A DNA stretch of 64,000 bases from Acidimicrobiia bacterium. GTDB lineage: Bacteria; Actinomycetota; Acidimicrobiia; Spongiisociales; ZC4RG35. Made by a program: the position numbers and the translations under genes. Below, one piece after another: positions 26,502-36,210 of this stretch; positions within the stretch are counted from its first letter, which is position 1, and each line of letters begins with the position of its first letter. The notes beneath the pieces are model-generated. The model had not been told where the DNA came from. It did no database searches and saw only the letters and a program-made list of their open reading frames with translations. The stretch covers positions 30,796 through 94,795 of the forward strand of contig JBBDQN010000032.1 of assembly GCA_040905905.1 (NCBI GenBank). The letters run 5' to 3'.

Positions 26502-27157
26502 CCGGGCTCGAGTCCGCCCTCGGTCACAAGTTCGCTGATCCTTCGTTGCTCGAGAGGGCGCTCATCCATCGATCGTTTCAGGCTGAGCACCCTGAGTCCG
26601 AGGACAACGAGCGGATGGAGTTCCTGGGCGACGCGGTGTTGGGCCTGGCGGTCGCCTCCCATCTGTATGAACGCCATCCCGAAATGACCGAGGGACAGAT
26701 GGCCAAGGTCAGGGCCGTAGTTGTCAGTCGAGACGAGCTGGCGGCAGTGGCCCGCACGCTCGACCTCGGCCAATATCTGGTCCTGGGCCGCGGCGAGGAA
26801 GCGACCGGCGGTCGCGACAAAGCTTCGATCCTTGCCAACGCCGCCGAGGCGGTCATCGCCGCCGTCTATCTCGACGCCGGCTTCGCAGTCGCCCGCCGGT
26901 TCATTCTCGACCATTGGGAGGCCCGCATCCAGGCCCGCACCGAACGTCCTGGTGGTGCGGATTACAAGACGAGATTGCAGGAGATGCTGGCGGCGGCAGG
27001 TATGCGACCTGATTATCGGGTCGAGGCGTTCGGACCCGAGCACGCCAAACGGTTTGTGGCGCGCTTGATGGTTGACGGCGAGGTCCGGGGGGAGGGGAGT
27101 GGTGCCTCCAAACGCGAGGCCGAACAAGATGCGGCCCGGGCAGCACTGGAGTCTTAA
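26498..27157 (+). CDS. rnc: ribonuclease III
   Basis: NERMEFLGDAVLGL signature. C-terminal dsRBD ...GSGASKREAEQDAA. Confidence 0.92.
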   Translation: MTGLESALGHKFADPSLLERALIHRSFQAEHPESEDNERMEFLGDAVLGLAVASHLYERHPEMTEGQMAKVRAVVVSRDELAAVARTLDLGQYLVLGRGEEATGGRDKASILANAAEAVIAAVYLDAGFAVARRFILDHWEARIQARTERPGGADYKTRLQEMLAAAGMRPDYRVEAFGPEHAKRFVARLMVDGEVRGEGSGASKREAEQDAARAALES

Positions 27158-27819
27158 ACCGGCACGGTGCCGACAAATAGCCGCTCGGCTATGAAAGAGC
27201 CAATCCCAACCTGGAGGTTGTCGTTGATCCGAACGGTGAGGGTGCCGTCAGGGGTTCGGGCAACCAAGGCAACCCTGGCCCCGGGTCGCAACCCGGAGTC
27301 GTCGAGGAATCCCATGATGTCGGAGTCGAGCTCAAGCTCCTCGGATATCCGGTGCAGGACTCTGTCTGAGTCACCTATATCGGCCAGAGGGATGAGCAAG
27401 GGCTGGCGATATCCGGCACCGGGAATCGGGTTGCCGTGGGGGCAGGTGGTCGGCTTTCCGAGCTTGGCCAGCATCGCGGCTTCAACATCGTCGGAGATGG
27501 CATGTTCCCACACCTCGGCCTCGGCATGAACCTTCACCCACGGCAGCCCCAAAACCTCGGACAGGAATCTCTCGGCCAGCCGATGTCGGCGTACCACGAC
27601 CTCGGCCAGATGTCGTCCCTTCCCGGTGAGGCGGATCTCCCCCTCGGAGGTGACGATGTCATCCGCCTCCATCCGTTTGATCATCTCAGAAACGCTGGGG
27701 CGGCTTATTCCCAACCACTCGGCGATCCGGGCCTGGATCACGGGCAGGCCTTCTTCCCCCAACTCGTAGACGGCCGCTACATATTCGCGGTAGGTGGCCG
27801 TATAGACCGAGGCGTCCAT
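27154..27819 (-). CDS. DtxR/IdeR-family metal-dependent transcriptional repressor with C-terminal FeoA/SH3-like domain
   Basis: Trimmed to ATG 27819 (MDASVYTATYREYVAAVYEL). ISRPSVSEMIKRM HTH, RHRLAERFL, metal-site H/E/C residues (VHAEAEVWEHA..CPHG). Confidence 0.8.
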   Translation of the reverse strand: MDASVYTATYREYVAAVYELGEEGLPVIQARIAEWLGISRPSVSEMIKRMEADDIVTSEGEIRLTGKGRHLAEVVVRRHRLAERFLSEVLGLPWVKVHAEAEVWEHAISDDVEAAMLAKLGKPTTCPHGNPIPGAGYRQPLLIPLADIGDSDRVLHRISEELELDSDIMGFLDDSGLRPGARVALVARTPDGTLTVRINDNLQVGIGSFIAERLFVGTVPV

Positions 27820-27901
27820 AACCGCATAGTACGGCAGTAGATGGGGAGCGGTCCGAAAATGATTTGTGATAGCGGGAGAGTGATAATTAGGGTCACCTAT
27901 C

Positions 27902-28921
27902 ATGAGGCGCTATACGAACCTACTTGTCAACGTTTGGTTGCTCGCTCTACTTCTCATGGCCTGTGGCGGCGCCGGTTCCACGACGACCGCCGCCACGGAC
28001 AATCCTCTGGTGATCTACTCAGGGCGGTCCGAGGAGCTGGTGGCGCCTTTGATCGCCTCATTCGAATCCGACACCGGAATCGACGTCGAAGTCAGGTACG
28101 GGAGCTCGACCGAAATGGCCGGCACGATCAATGTCGAAGGCGCCTTGTCGCCGGCGGACGTCTTCTACGCCCAGGATCCCGCCACCATCGGAGCGGTTGC
28201 CAACCTGCTCGCCCCTATTCCAGAGGCGGTGCTGACCCTCGTCCCCGAGCGGTTCCGTGATCCTGACGGGTATTGGACCGGCATCACCGTGCGCAGTCGC
28301 GTGCTCGCCTACAACCCCGAACTGGTTTCTCCAGGCGAGCTCCCGGATAGTTTTCACGCCCTCACTGATCCCGCCTGGGCCGGCCGTATTGGCATCGCCC
28401 CCACCAACGGGTCGTTTCTTACTTTTGTGGCGGCGATGATCGTCCTTGAGGGGGAGGAGGACACTCTCCAATGGCTGACGGGTTTGGCGGAGAATGACCC
28501 GGTCGAGTTTGACGGCAACGCGCCGATCGCCGCCGCGGTCGACGCTGGCGACATCTCTGTAGGACTTATTAACCACTACTACCTTCTGCGCCTGGGCGCC
28601 GAGCAGGGTGGAACCACGGCCGCGAACTACTTCTTCCCAAATGCCGACGCCGGGTCCTTTGTGATGCCGGCCGGCGCCGCAATCCTGGCGACCGCCCACA
28701 ACCCCGAGGGCGCAGCCACCTTCCTCGAGTATCTGCTGTCGTCGGGCTCGCAGGCATATTTTGCCGAGTCCGTCTTCGAGTACCCGGTGGTAGCAGGAGC
28801 GCCCGCCCCGGCCGGGGCCCCGCCCCTCGATTCGCTGGTGACGCCGCAGGTGTCATTGGCAGATCTGGCCTCAGCGTTTGACCGAGCCACCGATCTGATC
28901 TCGGAGTCGGGCCTCTTGTGA
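27902..28921 (+). CDS. Fe(III) ABC transporter substrate-binding lipoprotein (FbpA/AfuA-like)
   Basis: Lipobox LLLMACGG. VIYSGRSEELV..., NHYYL motif. Followed by the cognate permease and ATPase. Confidence 0.75.
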   Translation: MRRYTNLLVNVWLLALLLMACGGAGSTTTAATDNPLVIYSGRSEELVAPLIASFESDTGIDVEVRYGSSTEMAGTINVEGALSPADVFYAQDPATIGAVANLLAPIPEAVLTLVPERFRDPDGYWTGITVRSRVLAYNPELVSPGELPDSFHALTDPAWAGRIGIAPTNGSFLTFVAAMIVLEGEEDTLQWLTGLAENDPVEFDGNAPIAAAVDAGDISVGLINHYYLLRLGAEQGGTTAANYFFPNADAGSFVMPAGAAILATAHNPEGAATFLEYLLSSGSQAYFAESVFEYPVVAGAPAPAGAPPLDSLVTPQVSLADLASAFDRATDLISESGLL

Positions 28922-29003
28922 GGGAGGTGAGCTGACCGTCGTCACCGCTCCGGTCTCGTCCTCCGCGGCGCAGGCCCGATCCGAGCGCGCTCCGCGAGGG
29001 CTG

Positions 29004-30536
29004 GTGCTCGCTTCCCTGCTCGTAGTGGGGCCGCTGGCCTTGCCCATCGTCCATCTGCTTGGACAGGCACTGACCGGCGGAGCAGGGTCGAGTGTGCTTC
29101 CCGCTGGTCGGCTCTTCCAACTGGCCCTGAACACGTTGGCTTTGGTGGCGGGGGTGGTCTTCGCCGCCACTTCCATCGGGCTCGTCACGGCCTGGTTGAC
29201 GACCCGTACCGACCTGACCGGCGCCAGGGTGTGGTCGACTCTCGCAGTGCTTCCGCTAGTGATTCCTTCCTTCGTGGGAGCCCTGGCCCTGCTTGGGGCG
29301 ACCGGCCGCCGGGGAATCATCAGCCAGGCACTGGCCCAAATCGGCGTGGGTCCTCTGCCCATACCCCACGGTTACTTTGGTGCCTTCTTCGCCCTGACGA
29401 TGTTCACATTCCCCTATGTGCACCTCCTGGCGGTGCCAGCTTTGCGCAGGCTCGACGCCGGGCTCGAAGAGTCGGCTCGTGGCCTCGGAGCCTCACCCAC
29501 CCGGGTGTTCCGCACGATCACCCTTCCCCAGGTCGGTCCGTCCCTGCGGGCGGCCATGTTGCTGGTTGCTCTCTACACAATGGCCGACTTCGGCGCGGTT
29601 TCTCTTCTGCGGTACGACACTTTCACCCGGGCCATCTTTCTCCAATACGCCGGACGACTCGATCGGCGCCCGGCGACTCTGCTGGCGGGCACCCTGGTCG
29701 TCATTGCCCTCGTGGTCATCTGGGGCGAGCGACGCAGCCGGGGGCGGGCGGCGATCCTTGGCGGTCGCGCCCTGAGGAGCCCCCGCCGGGTGACCCTGAC
29801 CGGATGGAAACGGATGGCCGCCTTTGGATTTCTCGGGTCGGTGGTCACCGGGTCCCTGGTGCTGCCCGTAACCGTCCTCGCGGGCTGGTGGTTGCGCGGT
29901 GCCGCGGCCGGTCAGGCGCCACTAGCGATTTGGAGCGAGACCGGGCGGTCACTTTCGGTATCGGCAATCACGGCGATCGTGGCGGCAGTGGCTGTCCTGC
30001 CGATCGCCATCCTCACGGTCCGATACCGCACCAGAGTTGGGGCAATATGTGAGTCGTTGGCCTGGTCCTTGTACTCGTTGCCCCACCTCACGGTGGGCCT
30101 AGCGGTCCTGGTCATGGGTCTGACAGTTCTCACACCGTTCTATCAGACCCTCCCGCTGCTCTTGTTTGCGTATCTGATCATGTTCCTGCCACAAGCGATG
30201 GGGCCCACTCAGGCAGCGCTCGGGCGGGTGGCACCAAGTCTGGAGGAAGCGAGCAGGTCGCTGGGGCGATCCGCCCTGGCGACCACCCGTCGGATAACGG
30301 TGCCGCTGGTCGGGCGGGGGATGCTGGCCGGCGCGGGTCTGGTCTTTCTGACCACCATGAAGGAGTTGCCGGCAACCTTGCTGCTGCGCCCTACCGAGTT
30401 CGAAACTCTGGCGGTTCGTATCTGGTCGACCACCACGGAAGGTTTCTACACAAGGGCCTCGATGGCGGCCCTGGTGCTGGTGGCGGTATCGGCGGTGCCT
30501 CTCCACCTTCTGGTCTCGATGAACACCCATGAGTGA
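29004..30536 (+). CDS. iron ABC transporter permease (duplicated two-domain FbpB type)
   Basis: ~12 TM. Two EAA-like loops (LEESARGLGASPTRVF and LEEASRSLGRSALATT). The N-terminus may start further upstream at a non-canonical codon. Confidence 0.8.
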   Translation: MLASLLVVGPLALPIVHLLGQALTGGAGSSVLPAGRLFQLALNTLALVAGVVFAATSIGLVTAWLTTRTDLTGARVWSTLAVLPLVIPSFVGALALLGATGRRGIISQALAQIGVGPLPIPHGYFGAFFALTMFTFPYVHLLAVPALRRLDAGLEESARGLGASPTRVFRTITLPQVGPSLRAAMLLVALYTMADFGAVSLLRYDTFTRAIFLQYAGRLDRRPATLLAGTLVVIALVVIWGERRSRGRAAILGGRALRSPRRVTLTGWKRMAAFGFLGSVVTGSLVLPVTVLAGWWLRGAAAGQAPLAIWSETGRSLSVSAITAIVAAVAVLPIAILTVRYRTRVGAICESLAWSLYSLPHLTVGLAVLVMGLTVLTPFYQTLPLLLFAYLIMFLPQAMGPTQAALGRVAPSLEEASRSLGRSALATTRRITVPLVGRGMLAGAGLVFLTTMKELPATLLLRPTEFETLAVRIWSTTTEGFYTRASMAALVLVAVSAVPLHLLVSMNTHE

Positions 30537-31527
30537 GGCGATAAGGCTGACCGAGGTCACCAAGACCTATGGCGCCACCACCGCCGTCGACCTGTTGTCT
30601 TTTGCCGTGCCCTCTGGCTGTCTGTTGACTTTGCTCGGCCCTTCGGGGGGAGGCAAGACCACGGCCCTTCGACTCATAGCCGGCTTCGAAAAGCTCGACA
30701 GAGGTTCGATCGTGGTCGGCGGGGTGGAGGTCTCCGGTCGGGGGGTGCACATGTCCCCGGAAAAGCGTCGGGTGGGGATGGTGTTTCAGGACTACGCCCT
30801 CTTTCCGCACATGACCGTGGCCGCCAATGTCGGCTACGGGGTCGAGGCTGGCAAGAAAGTGGGGGAGCTACTCGAACTCGTCGGGATGACCGGTCTTGAA
30901 CACCGGTTGCCTCACGAACTATCCGGGGGCCAACAACAACGGGTGGCGTTAGCCCGAGCCCTTGCACCCGAACCGGCCGTCATCCTGGCCGACGAGCCGT
31001 TCTCGAATCTCGACGCCTCGCTTCGCACCAGGGTGCGGCGCGAAGTGAAGGGGATCCTCGAGGCCGCCCACACGACGGCGGTGTTTGTGACCCACGACCA
31101 GGAGGAGGCCCTGTCGATCTCGGACCAGGTGGCGGTCATGAACGAAGGAAGGGTGTTGCAGATTTCCAGCCCCTCGGATCTTTATCGCAACCCCATCAAC
31201 CCGTGGGTGGCGGGGTTTCTTGGGGAGGCCGACTTCATCGAAGGCAGGGCTGCGGGAGGTCGGGTTGACACTCCGCTCGGCATCTTCGCCACCGACCTGT
31301 CCGGTCCGGTGCAGGTGATGGTGCGACCGGAGATGGTGTCCCTCGTGCCGGACCTCGATGGCGATGCCGTGGTTTCCGGGAGCGAGTTCTATGGCCACGA
31401 CCAACTGGTGACGGTCGTCGTCTCGGGTGGCGCCCGGGTGCGGTCCCGGCTCGGCCCGATCCCGGTGTTCCCGCCCGGGACGAGGGTGTGGGTGAAGGCC
31501 GAGGGGTCAGTTACCTACCCGGCCTGA
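30529..31527 (+). CDS. ABC transporter ATP-binding protein (FbpC/PotA type)
   Basis: GPSGGGKTT, LSGGQQQRVALARAL, ILADEP, and a C-terminal TOBE-like domain. Confidence 0.88.
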   Translation: MSEAIRLTEVTKTYGATTAVDLLSFAVPSGCLLTLLGPSGGGKTTALRLIAGFEKLDRGSIVVGGVEVSGRGVHMSPEKRRVGMVFQDYALFPHMTVAANVGYGVEAGKKVGELLELVGMTGLEHRLPHELSGGQQQRVALARALAPEPAVILADEPFSNLDASLRTRVRREVKGILEAAHTTAVFVTHDQEEALSISDQVAVMNEGRVLQISSPSDLYRNPINPWVAGFLGEADFIEGRAAGGRVDTPLGIFATDLSGPVQVMVRPEMVSLVPDLDGDAVVSGSEFYGHDQLVTVVVSGGARVRSRLGPIPVFPPGTRVWVKAEGSVTYPA

Positions 31528-31544
31528 GCGGTTACGGTTCGGCG

Positions 31545-32369
31545 GTGCCTGAGTTGCCCGAGGTCGAGACAGTTCGCCGCTTCCTCGAGCCGGTGGTCAC
31601 CGGTCGGCGAATGGTCTTGGTCGAGGTCAATCACCCGCGGACAGTGCGTCGCAACCTGCATCCCGAAGACGTTGTCGACCGCCTCACTGGTGCCGTCGTC
31701 GAGAGGCTCGACCGCCAGGGCAAGTTCTTGTTCGGGCTCCTCGACAACGGCATGACCTGGATAACACATCTGGGGATGTCGGGCCGGGTGGTGGTGGCCT
31801 TGCCCAGCCAGCCCCGGGCCAATCACACCCACTTCGTGGCGCGAACCGATCGGGGAGAAGAGGTCCGTCTGGTCGATCCACGCACCTTCGGGTTCGTGGC
31901 AGTGGTCACTCCTGAAGAACGGGACCGTTTCACCGAGCTCGGACCCGACGCCCTCACCAGTTTGCCCAGGGCAAGCTCTCTCGCCCGCTCCCTGGCAGGA
32001 CGCACAGCCCCGATCAAGAGCCTGCTGCTCGACCAGCGACTGCTTGCCGGGCTTGGCAACATTTACGCCGACGAAGTCCTCCACCGCGCCGGGGTGCGAC
32101 CTACCCGGGCGGGCGGTGGACTGAACCCTGAGGAGGTCAAGCGGATCCGCAGCGCGGTGAAGCCGATCTTGACTGCGGGCATCACCGCCGGTGGGACCTC
32201 CCTCGACGACCTGGCTTATCTCCTCCCGGACGGGCGGGCGGGCGGCTACCTGGATCGGTTGCGTGTTTATGGAAGGGAAGGTGATCACTGCCACCGATGC
32301 GGGACGCTCATCGAACGGGTGGTAGTGGGTGGGCGCTCCTCGTTCTATTGCCCTACCTGCCAGTTATGA
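31545..32369 (+). CDS. mutM: formamidopyrimidine-DNA glycosylase
   Basis: GTG 31545, then PELPEVETVRR N-terminal catalytic Pro. H2TH. C-terminal zinc finger CHRCG...YCPTCQ. Confidence 0.9.
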   Translation: MPELPEVETVRRFLEPVVTGRRMVLVEVNHPRTVRRNLHPEDVVDRLTGAVVERLDRQGKFLFGLLDNGMTWITHLGMSGRVVVALPSQPRANHTHFVARTDRGEEVRLVDPRTFGFVAVVTPEERDRFTELGPDALTSLPRASSLARSLAGRTAPIKSLLLDQRLLAGLGNIYADEVLHRAGVRPTRAGGGLNPEEVKRIRSAVKPILTAGITAGGTSLDDLAYLLPDGRAGGYLDRLRVYGREGDHCHRCGTLIERVVVGGRSSFYCPTCQL

Positions 32370-32638
32370 AGGCGGTGCACGCCGTGGTCAGCGGCCGGGT
32401 GCAGGGCGTCACCTATCGTCACGCCACCCGAACCGCTGCTCGTGGGCTGGGATTGGTGGGTTGGGTGCGCAATCTCGGGGACGGGCGTGTCGAGGTGTGG
32501 GCCCAGGGCGATGACGATGGAGTGACAAAGCTGGTTGATTGGCTATGGCTCGGACCGGCCGGGGCCGTCGTCATGGCAGTTGAATCCGATGTAGTGGCGA
32601 TCGATCAGAGCATTCGCGATTTCTTCATCAGGCAGTAG
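32366..32638 (+). CDS. acyP: acylphosphatase
   Basis: ATGA overlap with mutM. VSGRVQGVTYRHAT...GWVRNLGDGRVEV. Confidence 0.85.
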   Translation: MKAVHAVVSGRVQGVTYRHATRTAARGLGLVGWVRNLGDGRVEVWAQGDDDGVTKLVDWLWLGPAGAVVMAVESDVVAIDQSIRDFFIRQ

Positions 32639-32725
32639 GGGGAGTTATGAGTTATGAGTGGTGGGTCCAAGCCCATGACTTCGTCTAATCTCAGACCGTT
32701 CCCAGAATCACACGGTTGTAACTAG

Positions 32726-35700
32726 ATGTACCTCAAAGCTGTAAAAGTCGTCGGTTTCAAGTCGTTTGCCGACCGCACCCGGCTGGAGTTCCGGCCCGGG
32801 GTGGCTGTCGTGGTGGGTCCGAACGGGTCGGGCAAGTCCAACCTGGTCGACGCGATCCACTGGGTGTTGGGATCACAGGCACCCACGTCATTGCGGACCG
32901 GGAAGATGGAAGACGTCATCTTTGCCGGTACTTCCACCCGGCCCTCCCTCAACCGGGCCGAGGTGACATTGATTTTCGACAATGCCGACCGCCAACTGCC
33001 ACTCGACCTCAACGACGTCGCCCTGACTCGTCGGCTCTATCGGGACGGTTCGTCCGATTACGAGATCAACGGCGTGGCCTGTCGACTGCTCGACATCCAG
33101 GAGCTTCTATCGGACTCCGGGGTGGGGCGACACCAGCATGTGATCGTGAACCAGGGCCAGGTCGAGTCGATCCTGACCGCCGGACCGGAGGAGCACCGCG
33201 CCATCATCGAAGAGGCAGCCGGGATCCTCAAGCACAAGCTGCGTAAAGAACGCGCCGTCCGTCGTCTGGAACGGACCGACGAGGACTTGATCAGGGCTCG
33301 CGATATCGCCGGCGAGGTCGCCCGGCAGATGCGACCCCTCAAACGCCAGGCCCAGGCAGCCGATCGACATCAGCTGGTAGCGAACCAGGTTCGGTCGTTG
33401 TCCCTGTTCCTGGCTGGCGAGGAATTGCGAGCCCTCGATCAACGTCTCGGCCTCTCGACGGCCGAGGACGCCGAGATACGCCGTCTGAATGAAGCCGCCA
33501 GGCGCGAGGCTGACAACCTTGGAGGCCAACTTCGGGAAGTCACCGCCGCTGCGGCTGCGATAGGGGCTTGCCTTGATCGCGACACTGCCGCCGCCGCAAG
33601 GCTTGAGACAACAGTAGAAAGGCTGCGGCGGGTGGCGCAGGTGGCTCAGGAGCGCTATCGCACCCGACGCGCTCGCATGGAAGGGGTCAGCGAAAGACGG
33701 CGCGATCTCGAAATCGAGGTAGCCGGACTCGTTGATGAGGTCGCGAGCGCGCGCCTGGCCGAGAACGAGGCCGAAGCCGCGGCTGAAGAGGCGGAGCGCC
33801 GTTTCCGGGCGGCCGACCACGAGGCCGCCTCGCTCACCGAACAGGACGGGCTCAGCCCCGAAGGAGCGCTGGCCGTCGTCACCGGGGATCTTCGTTCGCT
33901 GGAGGCAGCCGAAGAACGTGATCGCCGCGAGTTGGAGGCTGTAACCCATCGGGCCGAGGTCGTCGAGGCCCAGCTTGGTGACGAGGTCTCCGAGGCCACT
34001 CGCCTCGAAAAGGAGATTCTCTATCTCGACGAAGGGGTGGCCACGACCCAGCGCGCCTACCAGACCGCCGCGGCGGTGCGGCGGCGACATCAACAATCCT
34101 GGGAAGACTCTGAGACGATCGACCGAGATTGTCGCCTGGCAGTAGCGGCGGCCCGGGCCCGATTCGAGGCCCTTACTGCGGCGGCGGCTGGTCTGGCCGA
34201 CCCGGCAGGGCGAAACATGGTCCAAGGTTCCACCGGTGCGCTCGGGAGCGTGACTGCATTGTTGGACGTTCCGGCTGTTTGGGCGGCGGCGGTCGATGCT
34301 GCCCTGGGCCCCTGGGCTGACGCCATTGCCTTTGGCGGGTCCGCAGACATGGTCGGGGCGGTGGGTGCCCTCAAGGCGAGTGGCCGCGGCGGAGTAGGGA
34401 TGGTCACGGCCGCCGGGTCGGCCTTCGGGGAGGCTGGCAGGGACCAGGCTCGCGAGGTGGCGAACACCCGCGGCCTGGACCTTCTCATCGACGTGCTGGG
34501 TCCGGGGGCCGACCGCGTCCTGGCAGCGATTCTTCTTGGCGGCGTTGTTGTCGTCGAAGGTTGGAGCACAGGATGGAACCTGGTTCAGCGCCACCAGGAG
34601 TTGGCAGCAGTGACGCCCGAAGGAGATCTAATCACCAAGACCGGGATCAGAGTCGCCCATCCCGAGGGTGCCACCCCGGCGATGGTGGAAACCGCGGCGG
34701 TGGAGTTGGCCCGGGTTGATCGCGATCTGGCAGCAGCCGAGAGCCGCCATCTCTCCAATCGTCGCCAATTCGAGGAGAGCAGGGTCCTCGAACGGGAAGC
34801 TCTCGAGGTTCTGGAAGGATCTGAAGCCAAACTGGCGGGAGCGGTGGAGGCCAAGGGCAGGTCGAGCCGGGCCGCCGCCGAATTGGAAGCCAGCCTCGCC
34901 AGACTGGTCGAGCGCCGGGCCGCATTGGTCAGCGCGGGCCAGGAACGGGAAGCCCAGAGGCGCAGACTCGCCGAGTCGATGGCAGCCTTGCAAGGTGCAG
35001 AGGCAGAACATCACCTCCTTCTCGAAGAGCGGGCCGCCCATCGGACCCGGATCAACCAGGCCCGAGAGCAAGCGCTCGTGGCCTGGCAGGAGGCGTCGTC
35101 GGAGGCTTCGTCTGCCCGCTCCCGGCTCAGCATGCTGGCGGCGCGTCTGGAAGTGGTGGGGAAGGAACTTGGAACCGGAGACGGTGCGCCAGTAGCCCCT
35201 GAGAGCTTGCCCAGGCTCGTCGAAATCGAGACCGTCGCCCGTCATGCCGTTGAACTTCTGCGGGTCAAGCTCGAGGAGTTGCGCCAACGTCAGCACCACG
35301 AACGCACCACCGCCCGGGAGTTAAGCGAAACCCTGGCCGCTCTGCGCTCTGGCCACACGGCTCAGGAAGCCCAGCTGTCGGATGGGCGCGACCGTTTGGC
35401 CCGGCTGGCGGTTGAGCACACCGAAACCAGGGTGCGACGCGAGTCCGTGGCAGAGGCGCTGCGCCGCGAGATGGATGCGTCCGAAGAGGAGGCGTTGACG
35501 GCGGCTGTTCCCGACCCGCCGGAGGACGGCTCCCTGGCCGACCTCTTGGCGACCCGCCAAGCGGAGCTGCGAAGGATGGGACCGGTCAACCCCCTCGCAG
35601 CCGAGGAGTATCGCCAGTTGTCGGAGCGTCATGACTTCATGGCTGGCCAACTTGCAGACCTGGAGAGTTCGCGGCTTGAACTTAAGAAGGTCATAAGTGC

Positions 35701-36187
35701 CCTCGATGACGAGATCGAGGGACAGTTCATGACAGCCTTTGGCGAAGTGGCGGCGGCCTACGAGCAGCAGTTCGGGCTCTTGTTCCCTGGTGGCAGGGGA
35801 CGGATCCGTCTGGCTGAACCAGACCAACCGCTTACCTCCGGTATAGAGATCGAAGCCCAGCCACTCGGAAAGAAGATCGGACGTCTCAGTCTGCTCTCTG
35901 GTGGCGAGAGGTCCCTAGCGGCACTGGCGTTCCTCTTTGCCATATTCAGAGCCCGGCCCTCACCCTTTTATGTCCTCGACGAGGTTGAGGCCGCCCTCGA
36001 CGACTCCAACCTCCGTCGATTCCTGCGCCTGGTCGACGCCTTCCGCGACCAGAGTCAGTTGATCATCATCACCCACCAGCAACAGACCATGGAGGCAGCC
36101 GACGTCCTGTATGGCGTCACGATGGAGCCCGGTGGGTCTACCAAGGTCATTGCGAAATCGTTGTCGACCACCTTCACGTCGAACTGA
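32726..36187 (+). CDS. smc: chromosome segregation protein SMC
   Basis: GPNGSGKSNLVDAI Walker A, long coiled coils, a hinge, LSGGERSLAALAF, YVLDEVEAALD. Confidence 0.95.
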   Translation: MYLKAVKVVGFKSFADRTRLEFRPGVAVVVGPNGSGKSNLVDAIHWVLGSQAPTSLRTGKMEDVIFAGTSTRPSLNRAEVTLIFDNADRQLPLDLNDVALTRRLYRDGSSDYEINGVACRLLDIQELLSDSGVGRHQHVIVNQGQVESILTAGPEEHRAIIEEAAGILKHKLRKERAVRRLERTDEDLIRARDIAGEVARQMRPLKRQAQAADRHQLVANQVRSLSLFLAGEELRALDQRLGLSTAEDAEIRRLNEAARREADNLGGQLREVTAAAAAIGACLDRDTAAAARLETTVERLRRVAQVAQERYRTRRARMEGVSERRRDLEIEVAGLVDEVASARLAENEAEAAAEEAERRFRAADHEAASLTEQDGLSPEGALAVVTGDLRSLEAAEERDRRELEAVTHRAEVVEAQLGDEVSEATRLEKEILYLDEGVATTQRAYQTAAAVRRRHQQSWEDSETIDRDCRLAVAAARARFEALTAAAAGLADPAGRNMVQGSTGALGSVTALLDVPAVWAAAVDAALGPWADAIAFGGSADMVGAVGALKASGRGGVGMVTAAGSAFGEAGRDQAREVANTRGLDLLIDVLGPGADRVLAAILLGGVVVVEGWSTGWNLVQRHQELAAVTPEGDLITKTGIRVAHPEGATPAMVETAAVELARVDRDLAAAESRHLSNRRQFEESRVLEREALEVLEGSEAKLAGAVEAKGRSSRAAAELEASLARLVERRAALVSAGQEREAQRRRLAESMAALQGAEAEHHLLLEERAAHRTRINQAREQALVAWQEASSEASSARSRLSMLAARLEVVGKELGTGDGAPVAPESLPRLVEIETVARHAVELLRVKLEELRQRQHHERTTARELSETLAALRSGHTAQEAQLSDGRDRLARLAVEHTETRVRRESVAEALRREMDASEEEALTAAVPDPPEDGSLADLLATRQAELRRMGPVNPLAAEEYRQLSERHDFMAGQLADLESSRLELKKVISALDDEIEGQFMTAFGEVAAAYEQQFGLLFPGGRGRIRLAEPDQPLTSGIEIEAQPLGKKIGRLSLLSGGERSLAALAFLFAIFRARPSPFYVLDEVEAALDDSNLRRFLRLVDAFRDQSQLIIITHQQQTMEAADVLYGVTMEPGGSTKVIAKSLSTTFTSN

Positions 36188-36210
36188 CCCGCCTCATTAG
36201 CCTGTAATTC

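Noticed and set aside
33107-34594. 495-aa minus-strand ORF inside smc
   Set aside because: It is an antisense shadow of the SMC coiled-coil region. It has no motifs, and smc is unambiguous on the + strand.
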